Positions 15,172 through 24,696 of a stretch of DNA of 32,000 bases are shown here, one piece after another. The stretch is taken from NCBI RefSeq assembly GCF_020969955.1, contig NZ_JAHDSX010000026.1:1-32000 (forward strand). The letters are read 5' to 3'. Position 1 is the first letter of the stretch. Each line of letters starts with the position of its first letter. Source of the DNA: Allobaculum fili (GTDB lineage: Bacteria > Bacillota_I > Bacilli_A > Erysipelotrichales > Erysipelotrichaceae). The position numbers and the translations under genes were made by a program. Under the pieces are notes generated by a model that searched no databases, had not been told where the DNA came from, and saw nothing but the letters and a program-made list of their open reading frames with translations.

Positions 15172-16407
15172 ATGAAAGTACTCGTCATTGGAACCGGCGG
15201 AAGAGAGCACGCGCTCGCTCTGGCCGCTTCCAAATCGCCGCTTTGCGAAAAACTGTACTGCGCACCGGGCAATCCGGGCATGGGACAGATCGGCGAAAAC
15301 GTGAACATCAAAGCCGATGACGTAAAAGGACTCGCGGACTTTGCGCAAAATAACGGCATCGATCTGACCATTGTCGGCCCCGAAAATACGCTGGCTGCCG
15401 GCCTGGCGGATGAATTCCTCGCCCGCAATCTCAAAGTGTTTGGACCGACCCAGGGCGCAGCCCAGGTGGAATCGTCCAAGGACTTTGCCAAGTCGCTGAT
15501 GAAAAAATACGATATCCCGACAGCGGCGTACGAAACGTTCCACGATCTTGAATCCGCGAAAGCCTACGTGCTCGAACACGGCGCCCCAATCGTCATTAAG
15601 GAAAACGGTCTGAAAGCCGGCAAAGGCGTGACCGTAGCCATGAATATCGAAGATGCGCTTGAAGCGCTGGAGATCGCCTTTGCGATCGAAGACAATGCAG
15701 TCGTTATTGAAGACTATCTCGAAGGCTTTGAGTTTTCCCTGATCGCCCTGGTTAACGGCGATCTCGTCGTTCCGCTCGAATGCGCGCAGGACCACAAGCG
15801 CGTAGGCGACAACGATACCGGTCCGAACACCGGCGGCATGGGCAGCTATTCTCCGGTCCGCAAAATTACGCCGGAGCTCGTCAACACCACGATGGAAGCG
15901 ATCATGAAGCCGATGGCCAAAGCGCTGCAGGCCGAAGGCGTTCCGTTTACCGGCTTTCTGTACGGCGGTCTGATGGTTACCGAAGACGGCATCAAGACAA
16001 TCGAATTCAACGCCCGCTTCGGCGATCCGGAAGCCGAAGTCATTCTCTGCCGCCTGGAAAGCGACTTCCTTCAGGCGATTCTCGATGTTATGGATGGCAG
16101 AAAACCGGAACTGAAATGGACCGACAAAACGAGCCATGGTGTCGTTCTGGCCTCCACCGGCTATCCGGCTTCGTCCACCAAAGGCGCCTTGATTGAAGGC
16201 CTCGAAGATACCGATTCTCTGATTTACCACATGGGAACGAAAGGAGAAGACGGAAACCTGTACACCAACGGCGGCCGCGTACTCATGCTCGTCAACCTCG
16301 CGGATACGCTCGAAGAGGCCATGGAAAAAACGTACGCGGACTTGAAACATGTGAAATCCGATGCGCTGTTCTATCGAAACGATATCGGAAGAAAGGATCT
16401 GGACTAA
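15172..16407 (+). CDS. purD: phosphoribosylamine-glycine ligase (GAR synthetase)
   Basis: [16 protein letters not shown], an ATP-grasp core and [10 protein letters not shown] motif. 411 aa. Confidence 0.95.
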   Translation: MKVLVIGTGGREHALALAASKSPLCEKLYCAPGNPGMGQIGENVNIKADDVKGLADFAQNNGIDLTIVGPENTLAAGLADEFLARNLKVFGPTQGAAQVESSKDFAKSLMKKYDIPTAAYETFHDLESAKAYVLEHGAPIVIKENGLKAGKGVTVAMNIEDALEALEIAFAIEDNAVVIEDYLEGFEFSLIALVNGDLVVPLECAQDHKRVGDNDTGPNTGGMGSYSPVRKITPELVNTTMEAIMKPMAKALQAEGVPFTGFLYGGLMVTEDGIKTIEFNARFGDPEAEVILCRLESDFLQAILDVMDGRKPELKWTDKTSHGVVLASTGYPASSTKGALIEGLEDTDSLIYHMGTKGEDGNLYTNGGRVLMLVNLADTLEEAMEKTYADLKHVKSDALFYRNDIGRKDLD

Positions 16408-18074
16408 TGGCTAAAAGCGATCTGGAAATTGCACAGGAATGCGTCCTGGAACCGATTGATGTCATTGCCGCAAAAGCGGACATCGATCTCGATGCAATTG
16501 AACCGTATGGAAAAACGAAAGGAAAAATCGATCTGAATACGCTCGATCTTTCCCAAAATAAAGACGGCAAGCTCATTCTCGTTACCGCCATCAACCCGAC
16601 GAAAGCCGGCGAAGGCAAATCCACCACGACCGTCGGTCTTGGCGATGCCCTCAATCGTTTAGGCAAGAAAACGATGATCGCCCTGCGCGAACCGTCCTTA
16701 GGTCCGGTTTTCGGTCTGAAAGGCGGCGCGGCTGGCGGCGGCTATGCTCAGGTTGTTCCAATGGAAGATCTGAACCTGCACTTTACCGGCGACATGCATG
16801 CGATCACGACCGCGAACAACCTGCTTTGCGCGATGATCGACAACCATATGTATCAGGGCAACGAACTCGATCTCGACAAGGATCGCATTACGTTCAAGCG
16901 CTGCCTCGACATGAATGACCGCACCCTGCGCGAAATTGAAATCGGCATGGGTTCCAAAGTCAACGGCATCGAACGCAAGGACGGTTTCAACATTACTGTT
17001 GCCTCCGAAATCATGGCCGCGCTCTGTCTGGCGGACGATCTGATGGATCTGAAAAAGCGCTTTGGCGACATGCTCATCGGCTTCAACCATTCCGGCGATC
17101 CGGTCTATGTCCGTGATCTGAAGTGTGAAGGCGCCATGGCTATGGTCATGAAAGACGCCGTGAAGCCAAACCTCGTACAGACGCTCGAACACAACCCGGT
17201 TCTCGTTCATGGCGGCCCGTTCGCGAATATCGCTCACGGATGCAACTCCGTTATCGCAACGAAAACGGCGCTGAAACTGGCTGATTACGTCGTAACCGAA
17301 GCCGGATTTGGCGCGGATCTCGGCGCGGAAAAGTTCCTCGATATCAAGTGCCGTCTGGCCGATCTTCATCCAAACGCCGTTGTTCTTGTTGCTACGATCC
17401 GTGCTCTTAAGCAGCATGGCGGCGTAGCCTTTGAAGATCTCAAGGAAGAAAACATTCCGGCTATGCTGGAAGGCTGTGCCAACCTGGCTAAGCACATCGA
17501 CACGATCCATCAGTTTGGACTGCCGTGCATTGTCGCCATCAACCAGTTCGAATCCGATACGCCGGCTGAAATTGCGGCACTCGAAGCATGGTGCAACGAA
17601 AACGGTCATCCGCTCTCCCTTTCCCAGGTATGGGCCAAAGGCGGCGAAGGCGCGCTCGATCTGGCCGAAAAGGTAGTGGATCTCTGCGATCAGGAAAACG
17701 ACTTCCACGTACTTTACGACGAAAAGGATTCGATCGAAAACAAGATCACGACCATCGCACAAAAAGTGTATGGCGCCGATCATGTCGAATTCACCGACGA
17801 AGCCAAAGCGCAGATCGAAGAATTCAAGAAATACGGCTGGGACAAGCTGCCCGTCTGCATGGCCAAGACGCAGATGTCTCTGACCGACGATCCTAAACGC
17901 ATGGGCGCACCGAAAGGCTTTGCTATTACCGTGCGTGAGTTGCGTCCGTCTCTGGGCGCCGGATTTGTGGTTGCTCTGACGGGCAAGGTTCTGACGATGC
18001 CGGGTTTGCCGCCGCATCCAAGCGCGCTCGATATGGACATCGACGAAAACGGCAAGATCAAAGGGCTGTTCTAA
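16407..18074 (+). CDS. fhs: formate-tetrahydrofolate ligase
   Basis: [18 protein letters not shown]-loop and [11 protein letters not shown] motif. 555 aa. Its ATG shares one nucleotide with the purD TAA (TAATG at 16405-16409). Confidence 0.95.
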   Translation: MAKSDLEIAQECVLEPIDVIAAKADIDLDAIEPYGKTKGKIDLNTLDLSQNKDGKLILVTAINPTKAGEGKSTTTVGLGDALNRLGKKTMIALREPSLGPVFGLKGGAAGGGYAQVVPMEDLNLHFTGDMHAITTANNLLCAMIDNHMYQGNELDLDKDRITFKRCLDMNDRTLREIEIGMGSKVNGIERKDGFNITVASEIMAALCLADDLMDLKKRFGDMLIGFNHSGDPVYVRDLKCEGAMAMVMKDAVKPNLVQTLEHNPVLVHGGPFANIAHGCNSVIATKTALKLADYVVTEAGFGADLGAEKFLDIKCRLADLHPNAVVLVATIRALKQHGGVAFEDLKEENIPAMLEGCANLAKHIDTIHQFGLPCIVAINQFESDTPAEIAALEAWCNENGHPLSLSQVWAKGGEGALDLAEKVVDLCDQENDFHVLYDEKDSIENKITTIAQKVYGADHVEFTDEAKAQIEEFKKYGWDKLPVCMAKTQMSLTDDPKRMGAPKGFAITVRELRPSLGAGFVVALTGKVLTMPGLPPHPSALDMDIDENGKIKGLF

Positions 18075-18188
18075 GCCAAATAATTCTCGCAGCCTAACGA
18101 AGATACGAAACTGGATCGAGGAAACCGATCCTCGATGAAATCGATCTTCGAAGGGACCAAGAATTCAAATTCAATACGCAAAAAGAAA

Positions 18189-18231
18189 ATGCAGTTTCGA
18201 CGGACGCAAAATCCGCGAAACTGCATTTTTT
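18189..18231. terminator. bidirectional intrinsic terminator shared by fhs (+) and the MATE gene (-)
   Basis: ATGCAGTTTCG (18189-18199) pairs with CGAAACTGCAT (18216-18226), with an inner CGGA/TCCG helix. It is flanked by an A run upstream and TTTTTT downstream. Confidence 0.85.
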
Positions 18232-18251
18232 CGTTTGGAAGAAAACCTGCC

Positions 18252-19652
18252 TCACTCAATCGCCAGCTCGGTTTCGGTCGCTTCGATTTCGTCTTCGAGG
18301 GTATCGTTTCCTTCTTCGTACTTACCGTGTTTAAACCAGGGCCCATTGCGGTAAAAGAGCAGGGAAAGAACGGCACCGGCCGACCAGCCAAACGGCCACG
18401 CCAGCCAGATGCCGGTTGAACCGAGAGCGGTGGCGGAAAGAATGAGTGCCAGACCGACGCGCAAAATCAGATCCGCAAACGTGGAAATCATGAATTTTCC
18501 CATCTGGCCCGCTCCGCGTAAAATGCCGTCGGCGACGAGCTTGGCGGAAACGATGAAGTAGAACGGAGAAAGAATGCGTAAAATTTCGATGCCCGTCTGC
18601 ATCGCTTCGCCGTTTGGATGCTGGAGAAAGAGCAGAAGCAGCCGGTCGCCGATGAAAAAGTACGCCAGAAAGAGGGGAAGGCAGATGCCCCAGACTAGAC
18701 GAAGCCCGGCGTTGAAGCCGGCGCGAATGCGATGAAGCTTGTTTGCGCCGATGTTTTGCGCCGTATAGTTGGAAATACCGTTGGCAAGCGTCGTCAGAGA
18801 GGTGATGACCAGATTGTTCAGCTTGATCGAAGCGCTGTAGCCGGCCATGACACTGGCGCCAAACCCGTTGATCGCGCCCTGAATCACGATGTTGCCGACC
18901 GAAATGAAGCTTTGCTGGAGGATGCTTGGAATGGCGATGACGGAAATCTGCTGAAGAATGCGCCAGGAAAAGAAGGGGGCTTTTCCCGAATGAGGAAGTG
19001 TATGAAGCCGCTTGAAGACATATACAATGGCGAGCACGCAGCTGACACCCTGGCAGATCAGCGTCGCCCAGGCCACACCGGCTACGCCCATGTCAAAGGC
19101 CGTTACAGACAAAATATCGACGGCGATGTTGCTTAAGGAAGAACCGGCCAGAAAAAGAAACGGCGTTTTGGAATCGCCCAGCGCCGAGAAAATGCCGGTC
19201 GCAACATTGTAGTAAAAGACAAAGGGAAGACTCAGGCAGTAAATGTCGAGATACACCATGGAATCGGCCATGACGCTTTGCGGCGTGTTGATCAGCTCGA
19301 GCAGAAACTGACAGCCGACAAAACCGATCAGCATGAGTACCGCACAAAGCACGCCGCTGGCGGCAATCGTTGTCGTGACAGCCGTTTTTAAATCCCGGTA
19401 CTGCTTCGAGCCGAACAGACGGGAGACGACGACCGAGCAGCCGATATTGCATCCGAACGCGAACGCGATGAAAATGAGCGTGATTTCGTAGCTGTTGCCG
19501 ACTGCGGCCAGCGCGTTTTCGCCAATAAATCGTCCGGCGACAAAACTGTCGGCGATATTGTAAAGCTGCTGAAACAGAATGCTTCCAAACAGGGGAAGAC
19601 AGAACTGCCAGAGCACTTTCGACGGTTTTCCGACCGTCAGATCCTTGTTCAT
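18252..19652 (-). CDS. MATE-family multidrug/toxin efflux transporter
   Basis: The start MNKDLTVGKPSKVLWQFCLPLFGSILFQQLYNIADSFVAGRFIGENALAAVG is typical of MATE, followed by 12 TM-like hydrophobic segments. ATG19652 has an AAAGGAA SD about 9 nt upstream. Upstream in-frame starts at 19676 and 19757 lack a well-spaced SD. Confidence 0.88.
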   Translation of the reverse strand: MNKDLTVGKPSKVLWQFCLPLFGSILFQQLYNIADSFVAGRFIGENALAAVGNSYEITLIFIAFAFGCNIGCSVVVSRLFGSKQYRDLKTAVTTTIAASGVLCAVLMLIGFVGCQFLLELINTPQSVMADSMVYLDIYCLSLPFVFYYNVATGIFSALGDSKTPFLFLAGSSLSNIAVDILSVTAFDMGVAGVAWATLICQGVSCVLAIVYVFKRLHTLPHSGKAPFFSWRILQQISVIAIPSILQQSFISVGNIVIQGAINGFGASVMAGYSASIKLNNLVITSLTTLANGISNYTAQNIGANKLHRIRAGFNAGLRLVWGICLPLFLAYFFIGDRLLLLFLQHPNGEAMQTGIEILRILSPFYFIVSAKLVADGILRGAGQMGKFMISTFADLILRVGLALILSATALGSTGIWLAWPFGWSAGAVLSLLFYRNGPWFKHGKYEEGNDTLEDEIEATETELAIE

Positions 19653-19758
19653 ACGTTTCAATTCCTTTCTTTCCATACCTTTCTTAAAGGATTTTTCAAA
19701 CCCGTTACTCATTATCCAGAAGAAAAGCCATATGTAAAATATTGTATTGATATTCAAG

Positions 19759-19777
19759 CCATATCAAATTGATATGG
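19759..19777. promoter_or_regulatory. LysR-type T-N11-A dyad in the MATE/LysR divergent promoter region
   Basis: CCATATCA-AAT-TGATATGG is a perfect 8-bp inverted repeat containing TATCAAATTGATA (T-N11-A). The 9-mer AAGCCATAT is also repeated at 19725-19733 and 19756-19764. Confidence 0.5.
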
Positions 19778-19813
19778 TTTATGAAATAGAAAGCCAGTCG
19801 GGAGAAAAAAGCC

Positions 19814-20755
19814 ATGACCAAAAGAAACCCAGACGTTCAGAACCGTCTGAAAAAAGAAAAAAATGCGGTGAATTTTGAGTATTATCGGATTTTTTACTGC
19901 GTCGCCAGATATTCCAGTCTGACCAGAGCGGCTGAACATCTTTTCAGCAATCAGCCAAACGTTTCGCGCGTCATAAAATCGCTCGAACAAAGTCTTGGAT
20001 GCGATCTTTTTATCCGCTTTCATAAAGGCGTAAAACTCACCCCCGAGGGAGAACGGCTGTATGCGCATGTCAGAATTGCGATGGAACACATTCAGGCAGC
20101 CCAGAACGAACTGCAGGAAATGAGCGCGCTGCAAGCCGGCGCCGTTTCGATTGCGGCCAGCGAAGTGGCCCTTCGCTGTCTGCTCCTTCCGGTTTTAAAT
20201 GCCTTTCGCTCGCGCTATCCGCAAATCCAGATTCGAATTTCTAATCATACGACGCCGCAGGCACTGTCCGCCTTAGAAAACGGATTCGCGGATCTGGCGG
20301 TCATCACCAGCCCATGCCATCCGGCCAGTCAGATCGAATGGGTCCGTCTGCGCGACTTTCAGGACTGTGCCGTCTGTTCGAAAAAACTGGCCAGATCGAT
20401 CGAACAGCCGCTTTCTATTTCGGATCTGAGCCAGATGCCTCTCATTGTACTGGGCAGCGAGACGGCTACCCGGCAGTTTTACGAAGAGGTGTTTGCCCAA
20501 TACGATCTGCATCTGAATCCCGATATTGAAGTGGCGGCAACCGATCAGATTTTGCCGGTGGTGCGCAATCATCTTGGCGTCGGCTTTGTGCCGCAGGAAT
20601 TTCTTAGCGAAGAGGCACAGACGGGAGATCTCTGTACGCTCTCGCTGGTCGAAACGATTCCGCCGCGCTCCATTTATCTGGCCAGAAACCGGGATGTCCC
20701 GATGAGTCGGGCCGCCAGGGCTCTCGAAAAAATGATTCTGGATCTGCGCGAATAA
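19814..20755 (+). CDS. LysR-family transcriptional regulator
   Basis: The N-terminal HTH (FYCVARYSSLTRAAEHLFSNQPNVSRVIKSLEQSLGCDLFIR) precedes a periplasmic-binding-like effector domain. The gene is divergent from the MATE gene. About 19 residues precede the HTH, so the start is uncertain. Confidence 0.88.
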   Translation: MTKRNPDVQNRLKKEKNAVNFEYYRIFYCVARYSSLTRAAEHLFSNQPNVSRVIKSLEQSLGCDLFIRFHKGVKLTPEGERLYAHVRIAMEHIQAAQNELQEMSALQAGAVSIAASEVALRCLLLPVLNAFRSRYPQIQIRISNHTTPQALSALENGFADLAVITSPCHPASQIEWVRLRDFQDCAVCSKKLARSIEQPLSISDLSQMPLIVLGSETATRQFYEEVFAQYDLHLNPDIEVAATDQILPVVRNHLGVGFVPQEFLSEEAQTGDLCTLSLVETIPPRSIYLARNRDVPMSRAARALEKMILDLRE

Positions 20756-21065
20756 ACAAATATTCATGATGTGAAAAATAAAAACGAATGGATGCATTTG
20801 AACCTTCCGATTCAGTTTTTGTCTCATTTCATCAGATTTCCCAGGGATTGTGAAAAAGTTGTTCCATTAGTGTTACCATGGCCATAACTTATACCGAATC
20901 TATATAAATACACCGACAGACTGAACCAGACGGCTTGCGTTCTTTTTCGATTCGAACGTACGATTTGGATTTGTATTTGTCACAGCTTTGGATTTGGGGA
21001 AAGAAGGCAGAAGGGCAATCCTGCCGCCTTTCTGAGAAGCAAAATTATGAACAGGAGAAAAAGAG

Positions 21066-22472
21066 ATGAAACGCAGTAAAACCCTGAGCGCTGTATTGAG
21101 CGCATCGCTTTGCGCCCTGCTGCCGGCAGCTCCAATTCTGGCTGCAGAATCCGACGTGGATACGCGTCCGGCAGAAACGGTGAACCAGATTGGCTCCAGC
21201 CGCCGTGCCAGAACGAAAAACACCTTCGAGTTTATTCGCCCGAAAACGTTTGAAAAGGAAACCCGCGAGGGCAGTGACATTCTGCTCGAACGGCTCCCGC
21301 TTTCCGAACGCAAAAAAGCCAGCTGGATCGATGACCGCACGACAGTCAGCGATACGACACAGTTTCCGTACAATGCCATCTGCAAGCTGTACATGACCTT
21401 TGAAAACGCCCATGGCGAAGAAGAATACTTTGTGGGCAGCGGCTACATGGTTTCCCCGACCGAAATGATGACATGCGCCCATTGCCTGTTTGCCCGACCG
21501 GAAGAAGGCGGCTATGGTATTGTAACCCGTCTGGTTGTGGAGCCGGCGGTCAATGGAGACTTTTATCCGTTCGCCCGCTACGATTCCGACGAGGAAGTCT
21601 CCCGCTATTCGATGCCCGCGCTGTATCAGGATCCGTCCACGAGTGAAGAAGACTCCTTCATTTACGATTTTGCGCTCGTGCAGTTTCCTTCGCCGCTGAC
21701 CGACGGATCCTTTATCCGTTTGAATTCCCCATCGGGAACAGGTCCCGTTCACGTGTCCGGCTATCCTGCAGAAGTTCGAGGCGTTTCCAATGAGACAAAC
21801 CAGTATGAAGACTGGGGAACCTATTCGTACATGGACGGCCCGTTCCTGGAACATGACACATCCGCCAGCGGCGGACAGAGCGGTTCGCCAATGCTCAATC
21901 GCCGCGATGAAGCCGTAGGCGTATACGGCTACAGCTACGAAGATCGGATCACCGGTGAACAGTCCGGAATCGGCGGCGGTGTGGCGATGACGCTGTCCGT
22001 TCTCGATTATGCGGACCATGCTTTAGAAAACGAAGACGGCACGGGGGATAACTTCATTGAAACGCCGGTTTACCGCGTATACAATCCAAACTCCGGCGAA
22101 CACCTCTATACGAAGAGCGCCAACGAAACCGCGTTCCTTTCCCGCGTCGGCTGGACGTATGAAGGGGTTGCCTGGAGAAATGCGGAAGGCGAAAATCTCA
22201 CCGAAGTATACCGTCTCTACAACCCGAATGTCGGCGACCATCATTACACGGTCGATCAGAATGAAGCCAGGTTCCTCGTTTCTGTCGGCTGGAGAAACGA
22301 AGGCGTAATCTGGAGTGCTCCGCAGGCCAGCGACGCGTTCCAGAACGTATATCGTCTGTATAACCCGAACGCAAGAACCGGCGCACACCATTTCACCACC
22401 GATCAGAACGAATACAGCTTCCTTTCCAATAACGGATGGAAAGCTGAAGGCAAAGCGTTCGACGCCAGGTAA
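21066..22472 (+). CDS. secreted trypsin-fold (S1B, V8/glutamyl-endopeptidase-like) serine protease with three C-terminal repeats
   Basis: Signal peptide MKRSKTLSAVLSASLCALLPAAPILAAE. The triad context is TCAHC (His139), YDFALV (Asp201) and GGQSGSP (Ser272). Three repeats of about 46 aa follow (YR-x-YNPN-x-G-x-H-x-YT...E...FL...GW...EG). Confidence 0.85.
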   Translation: MKRSKTLSAVLSASLCALLPAAPILAAESDVDTRPAETVNQIGSSRRARTKNTFEFIRPKTFEKETREGSDILLERLPLSERKKASWIDDRTTVSDTTQFPYNAICKLYMTFENAHGEEEYFVGSGYMVSPTEMMTCAHCLFARPEEGGYGIVTRLVVEPAVNGDFYPFARYDSDEEVSRYSMPALYQDPSTSEEDSFIYDFALVQFPSPLTDGSFIRLNSPSGTGPVHVSGYPAEVRGVSNETNQYEDWGTYSYMDGPFLEHDTSASGGQSGSPMLNRRDEAVGVYGYSYEDRITGEQSGIGGGVAMTLSVLDYADHALENEDGTGDNFIETPVYRVYNPNSGEHLYTKSANETAFLSRVGWTYEGVAWRNAEGENLTEVYRLYNPNVGDHHYTVDQNEARFLVSVGWRNEGVIWSAPQASDAFQNVYRLYNPNARTGAHHFTTDQNEYSFLSNNGWKAEGKAFDAR

Positions 22473-22529
22473 GCTTTCCCAGAATTTCCGTTCTTTTCGG
22501 AAGATTCCTGCTTTCCACCCGAAAAACAG

Positions 22530-22564
22530 CGAGCTCAGACCCAGTCGGTCCGGGCTCGTTTTTC
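22530..22564 (+). terminator. putative intrinsic terminator after the protease gene
   Basis: CGAGC (22530-22534) pairs with GCTCG (22554-22558), with an inner GACC/GGTC helix, followed by TTTTT. Confidence 0.55.
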
Positions 22565-22760
22565 ATTCTGGAAAGAACAGCCAGTCCGACTCGTGTACGG
22601 TACCTGAGCCGCGTTTTGAAAACCTTCCGGAATTCGGATTTCTGAGTGTTGAAAACGAGTATACGAATTCCTCTCGCTAAGATAAAAGAACAGAGCGTAA
22701 TCATTTGCAGGTTCGTACTGCGGCTTTGTATAGGGGATAAGAAAGAAGCGAGATGAGAAA

Positions 22761-23702
22761 ATGATTCAGTATTTTAAAACGTCAGGATCCGGAACGCTGG
22801 AAGAAATCGATCAGCCGGTTCGCGGATGCTGGATCAGCGTAGTGAGCCCGACTCAAGTAGAAAAACAGCGCCTTCTGGATGAGTTCCTTATTCTTCCGGA
22901 GTTTTTGCGCGCGGCTTTAGATGAAGAAGAATCGTCCTATATCGACCGTTCTGAAGACGACAATCAGACGCTGGTCATTATTGACTATCCCGAAAAGGAT
23001 CAGACGACACGCAAAAGCATTGAAACGTATATCACGCTGCCGATGGGCGTCGTCCTGCTCGACAAAATGATCATGACGATTTCGACGCGGGAAAACTCGA
23101 CGATTGAATCCCTGATTCAGGGAAAGGTGAAAGATCTCGATACCCGTTATAAAACGCGGTTTCTTCTGCAGCTCATCCTTCTGATTTCACAGGAGTATTT
23201 AAGCGCGCTGCGTCTGATCGACCGCTTCAGCAACCAGACGGAACAGAAGCTGTATAAGCACATGAGTAATTCGAATCTGATCGACATGCTCGTTCTTGAA
23301 AAGAGTCTGATCTATTTTTCGACATCCTTAAAAGCGCTCGAGCAGACGCTGCGGCGCATTCTTCGATCGCGACAGATTCCGATGTATGAATCCGATCGCG
23401 GCCTTCTCGATGATGTTCTGATCGAGGTTAAGCAGGGCATTGAAATGTGCGAGATTTACTCGGATGTCATGGATCGCAGCGCGGACGGCTTTACCAACGT
23501 CATCAACAACAACATGAACATCATCATGAAGCGGCTGACCGTGATCACGCTCGTCCTGTCCATCCCGAATATGGTCTACGGCTTTTACGGCATGAATGTT
23601 ACAGGCCTGCCCTGGCCGATGGCCTGGGTACCGCTGCTCATTTCGATTCTTCTCTGCCTGTTTGCGTGGCTCTATTTCCGTCACAATTCCAGCTATAAAT
23701 GA
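22761..23702 (+). CDS. corA: CorA-family magnesium/cobalt transporter
   Basis: YGFYGMNV signature followed by two C-terminal TM helices. 313 aa. Confidence 0.9.
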   Translation: MIQYFKTSGSGTLEEIDQPVRGCWISVVSPTQVEKQRLLDEFLILPEFLRAALDEEESSYIDRSEDDNQTLVIIDYPEKDQTTRKSIETYITLPMGVVLLDKMIMTISTRENSTIESLIQGKVKDLDTRYKTRFLLQLILLISQEYLSALRLIDRFSNQTEQKLYKHMSNSNLIDMLVLEKSLIYFSTSLKALEQTLRRILRSRQIPMYESDRGLLDDVLIEVKQGIEMCEIYSDVMDRSADGFTNVINNNMNIIMKRLTVITLVLSIPNMVYGFYGMNVTGLPWPMAWVPLLISILLCLFAWLYFRHNSSYK

Positions 23703-23730
23703 GTCCGGCATTTTCATGAATTTATGCCGT

Positions 23731-23760
23731 TAAAAAAGGGAAGTCCTTCTGGGCTTCCCT
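23731..23760 (-). terminator. putative intrinsic terminator of the hydrolase gene
   Basis: GGGAAG (23738-23743) pairs with CTTCCC (23754-23759). The plus-strand A6 run (23732-23737) becomes the U tract on the minus strand. Confidence 0.5.
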
Positions 23761-23850
23761 TCGTGCGTTTATCGTCTTTTTCGTGGTGTGAAATCGTTCG
23801 ATCCAAAGTTTCAGAGAGGGCGATTTCTGTATCGCAACCGGACGGCTTTT

Positions 23851-24696
23851 TTACTGTGCAGCCTTTTCCATGTCCAGTTTCTGATCCTGATAGAGAGAAT
23901 TCGAAAGAATTTCCGTTTTTTCCCCGGCAAACGCCTTTGCGGCGTCCAGATCGTCCTGCAGCTGCGCCATCAGCCAGGCGGTGACGTATCCGTCCGCTTT
24001 ATACAGGATGTCCCCGTGCGGCGTATCGACACGGCGCATCATGACTTTCTGTCCGGGAAGTTTTGCATAAATTTCTTCAAGCTGCTCCTTGTTTACGACA
24101 GGATCATCGCCTCCGCCTGCACCGCTGATGAGCAGAGTCGGAATAGGAACCAGAGATGGATCGTACGCCCATTCGAGATTTTCCGCCAGTTCCAGATTGG
24201 TCGGCGAAAGCGCGACGATCGTTTTGAAAACGTCATGATGAGGCTGAACGCTCGCCGCATTCATGGCGCCGACACCGCCCTGGGAATGACCGACCGCGCC
24301 GATCCGGTCGAAATCGACTTTGTGATAAAAGACGCTGTTCTGATCGCCGATCTTTTCGTTTTCGTCCAGCCGCTCCAGATGACGCAGGGCCATTTCAGCG
24401 CTACATCCATTCCACGAATACGCTTCTTCGCTGCCGATGACGATAAATCCCCAGGAGGCGTAATGTTGCGCGATCGCCGCATAACGGGAAAGCGGTACGC
24501 CCGTCCCGTTACAAAGAACGACAACCGGCCAGGTACGATCGCTCGTTTCCAGTTCTGCGGGATAGAAAATTTCGTATTTTGAAAAGTTCTGCAGGGCGTG
24601 ATCTTCCTGCTTTTTCACCGCATACGGGCCATTTTTCATGTATTTGGATTCAATGACGCCTTCGACCTGTGCTTGAATAGTCTGCAGGAACGGCAC
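23851..24696 (-). CDS. alpha/beta-fold hydrolase (esterase/lipase-like) catalytic portion; probably frameshifted at its 5' end
   Basis: GHSQGG nucleophile elbow, with downstream Asp and His candidates (GGGDDP, TPHGD). The ORF starts at GTG24696 without an SD. The expected N-terminal anchor is in another frame (see 24650-24793). Confidence 0.8.
   Translation of the reverse strand: MPFLQTIQAQVEGVIESKYMKNGPYAVKKQEDHALQNFSKYEIFYPAELETSDRTWPVVVLCNGTGVPLSRYAAIAQHYASWGFIVIGSEEAYSWNGCSAEMALRHLERLDENEKIGDQNSVFYHKVDFDRIGAVGHSQGGVGAMNAASVQPHHDVFKTIVALSPTNLELAENLEWAYDPSLVPIPTLLISGAGGGDDPVVNKEQLEEIYAKLPGQKVMMRRVDTPHGDILYKADGYVTAWLMAQLQDDLDAAKAFAGEKTEILSNSLYQDQKLDMEKAAQ

Noticed and set aside
11773-18017. 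Long minus-strand ORFs opposite purM (11773-12723), purH (13898-14857), purD (15154-16350) and fhs (16698-18017)
   Set aside because: Each overlaps a well-supported plus-strand enzyme gene almost end to end. None has a recognisable domain, and no start context supports translation.
19653-19757. Longer MATE ORF starting at 19757 or 19676
   Set aside because: The extra residues (MNINTIFYIWLFFWIMSNGFEKSFKKGMERKELKR) precede the conserved MATE N-terminus. Only ATG19652 has a well-spaced AAAGGAA SD.
20962-20997. Hexamer repeats GATTTG GATTTG TATTTG ... GGATTTGG upstream of the protease gene
   Set aside because: The repeats are short, imperfect and in an AT-rich promoter region, so they are compatible with chance. 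No partner regulator or symmetry supports a binding-site call.
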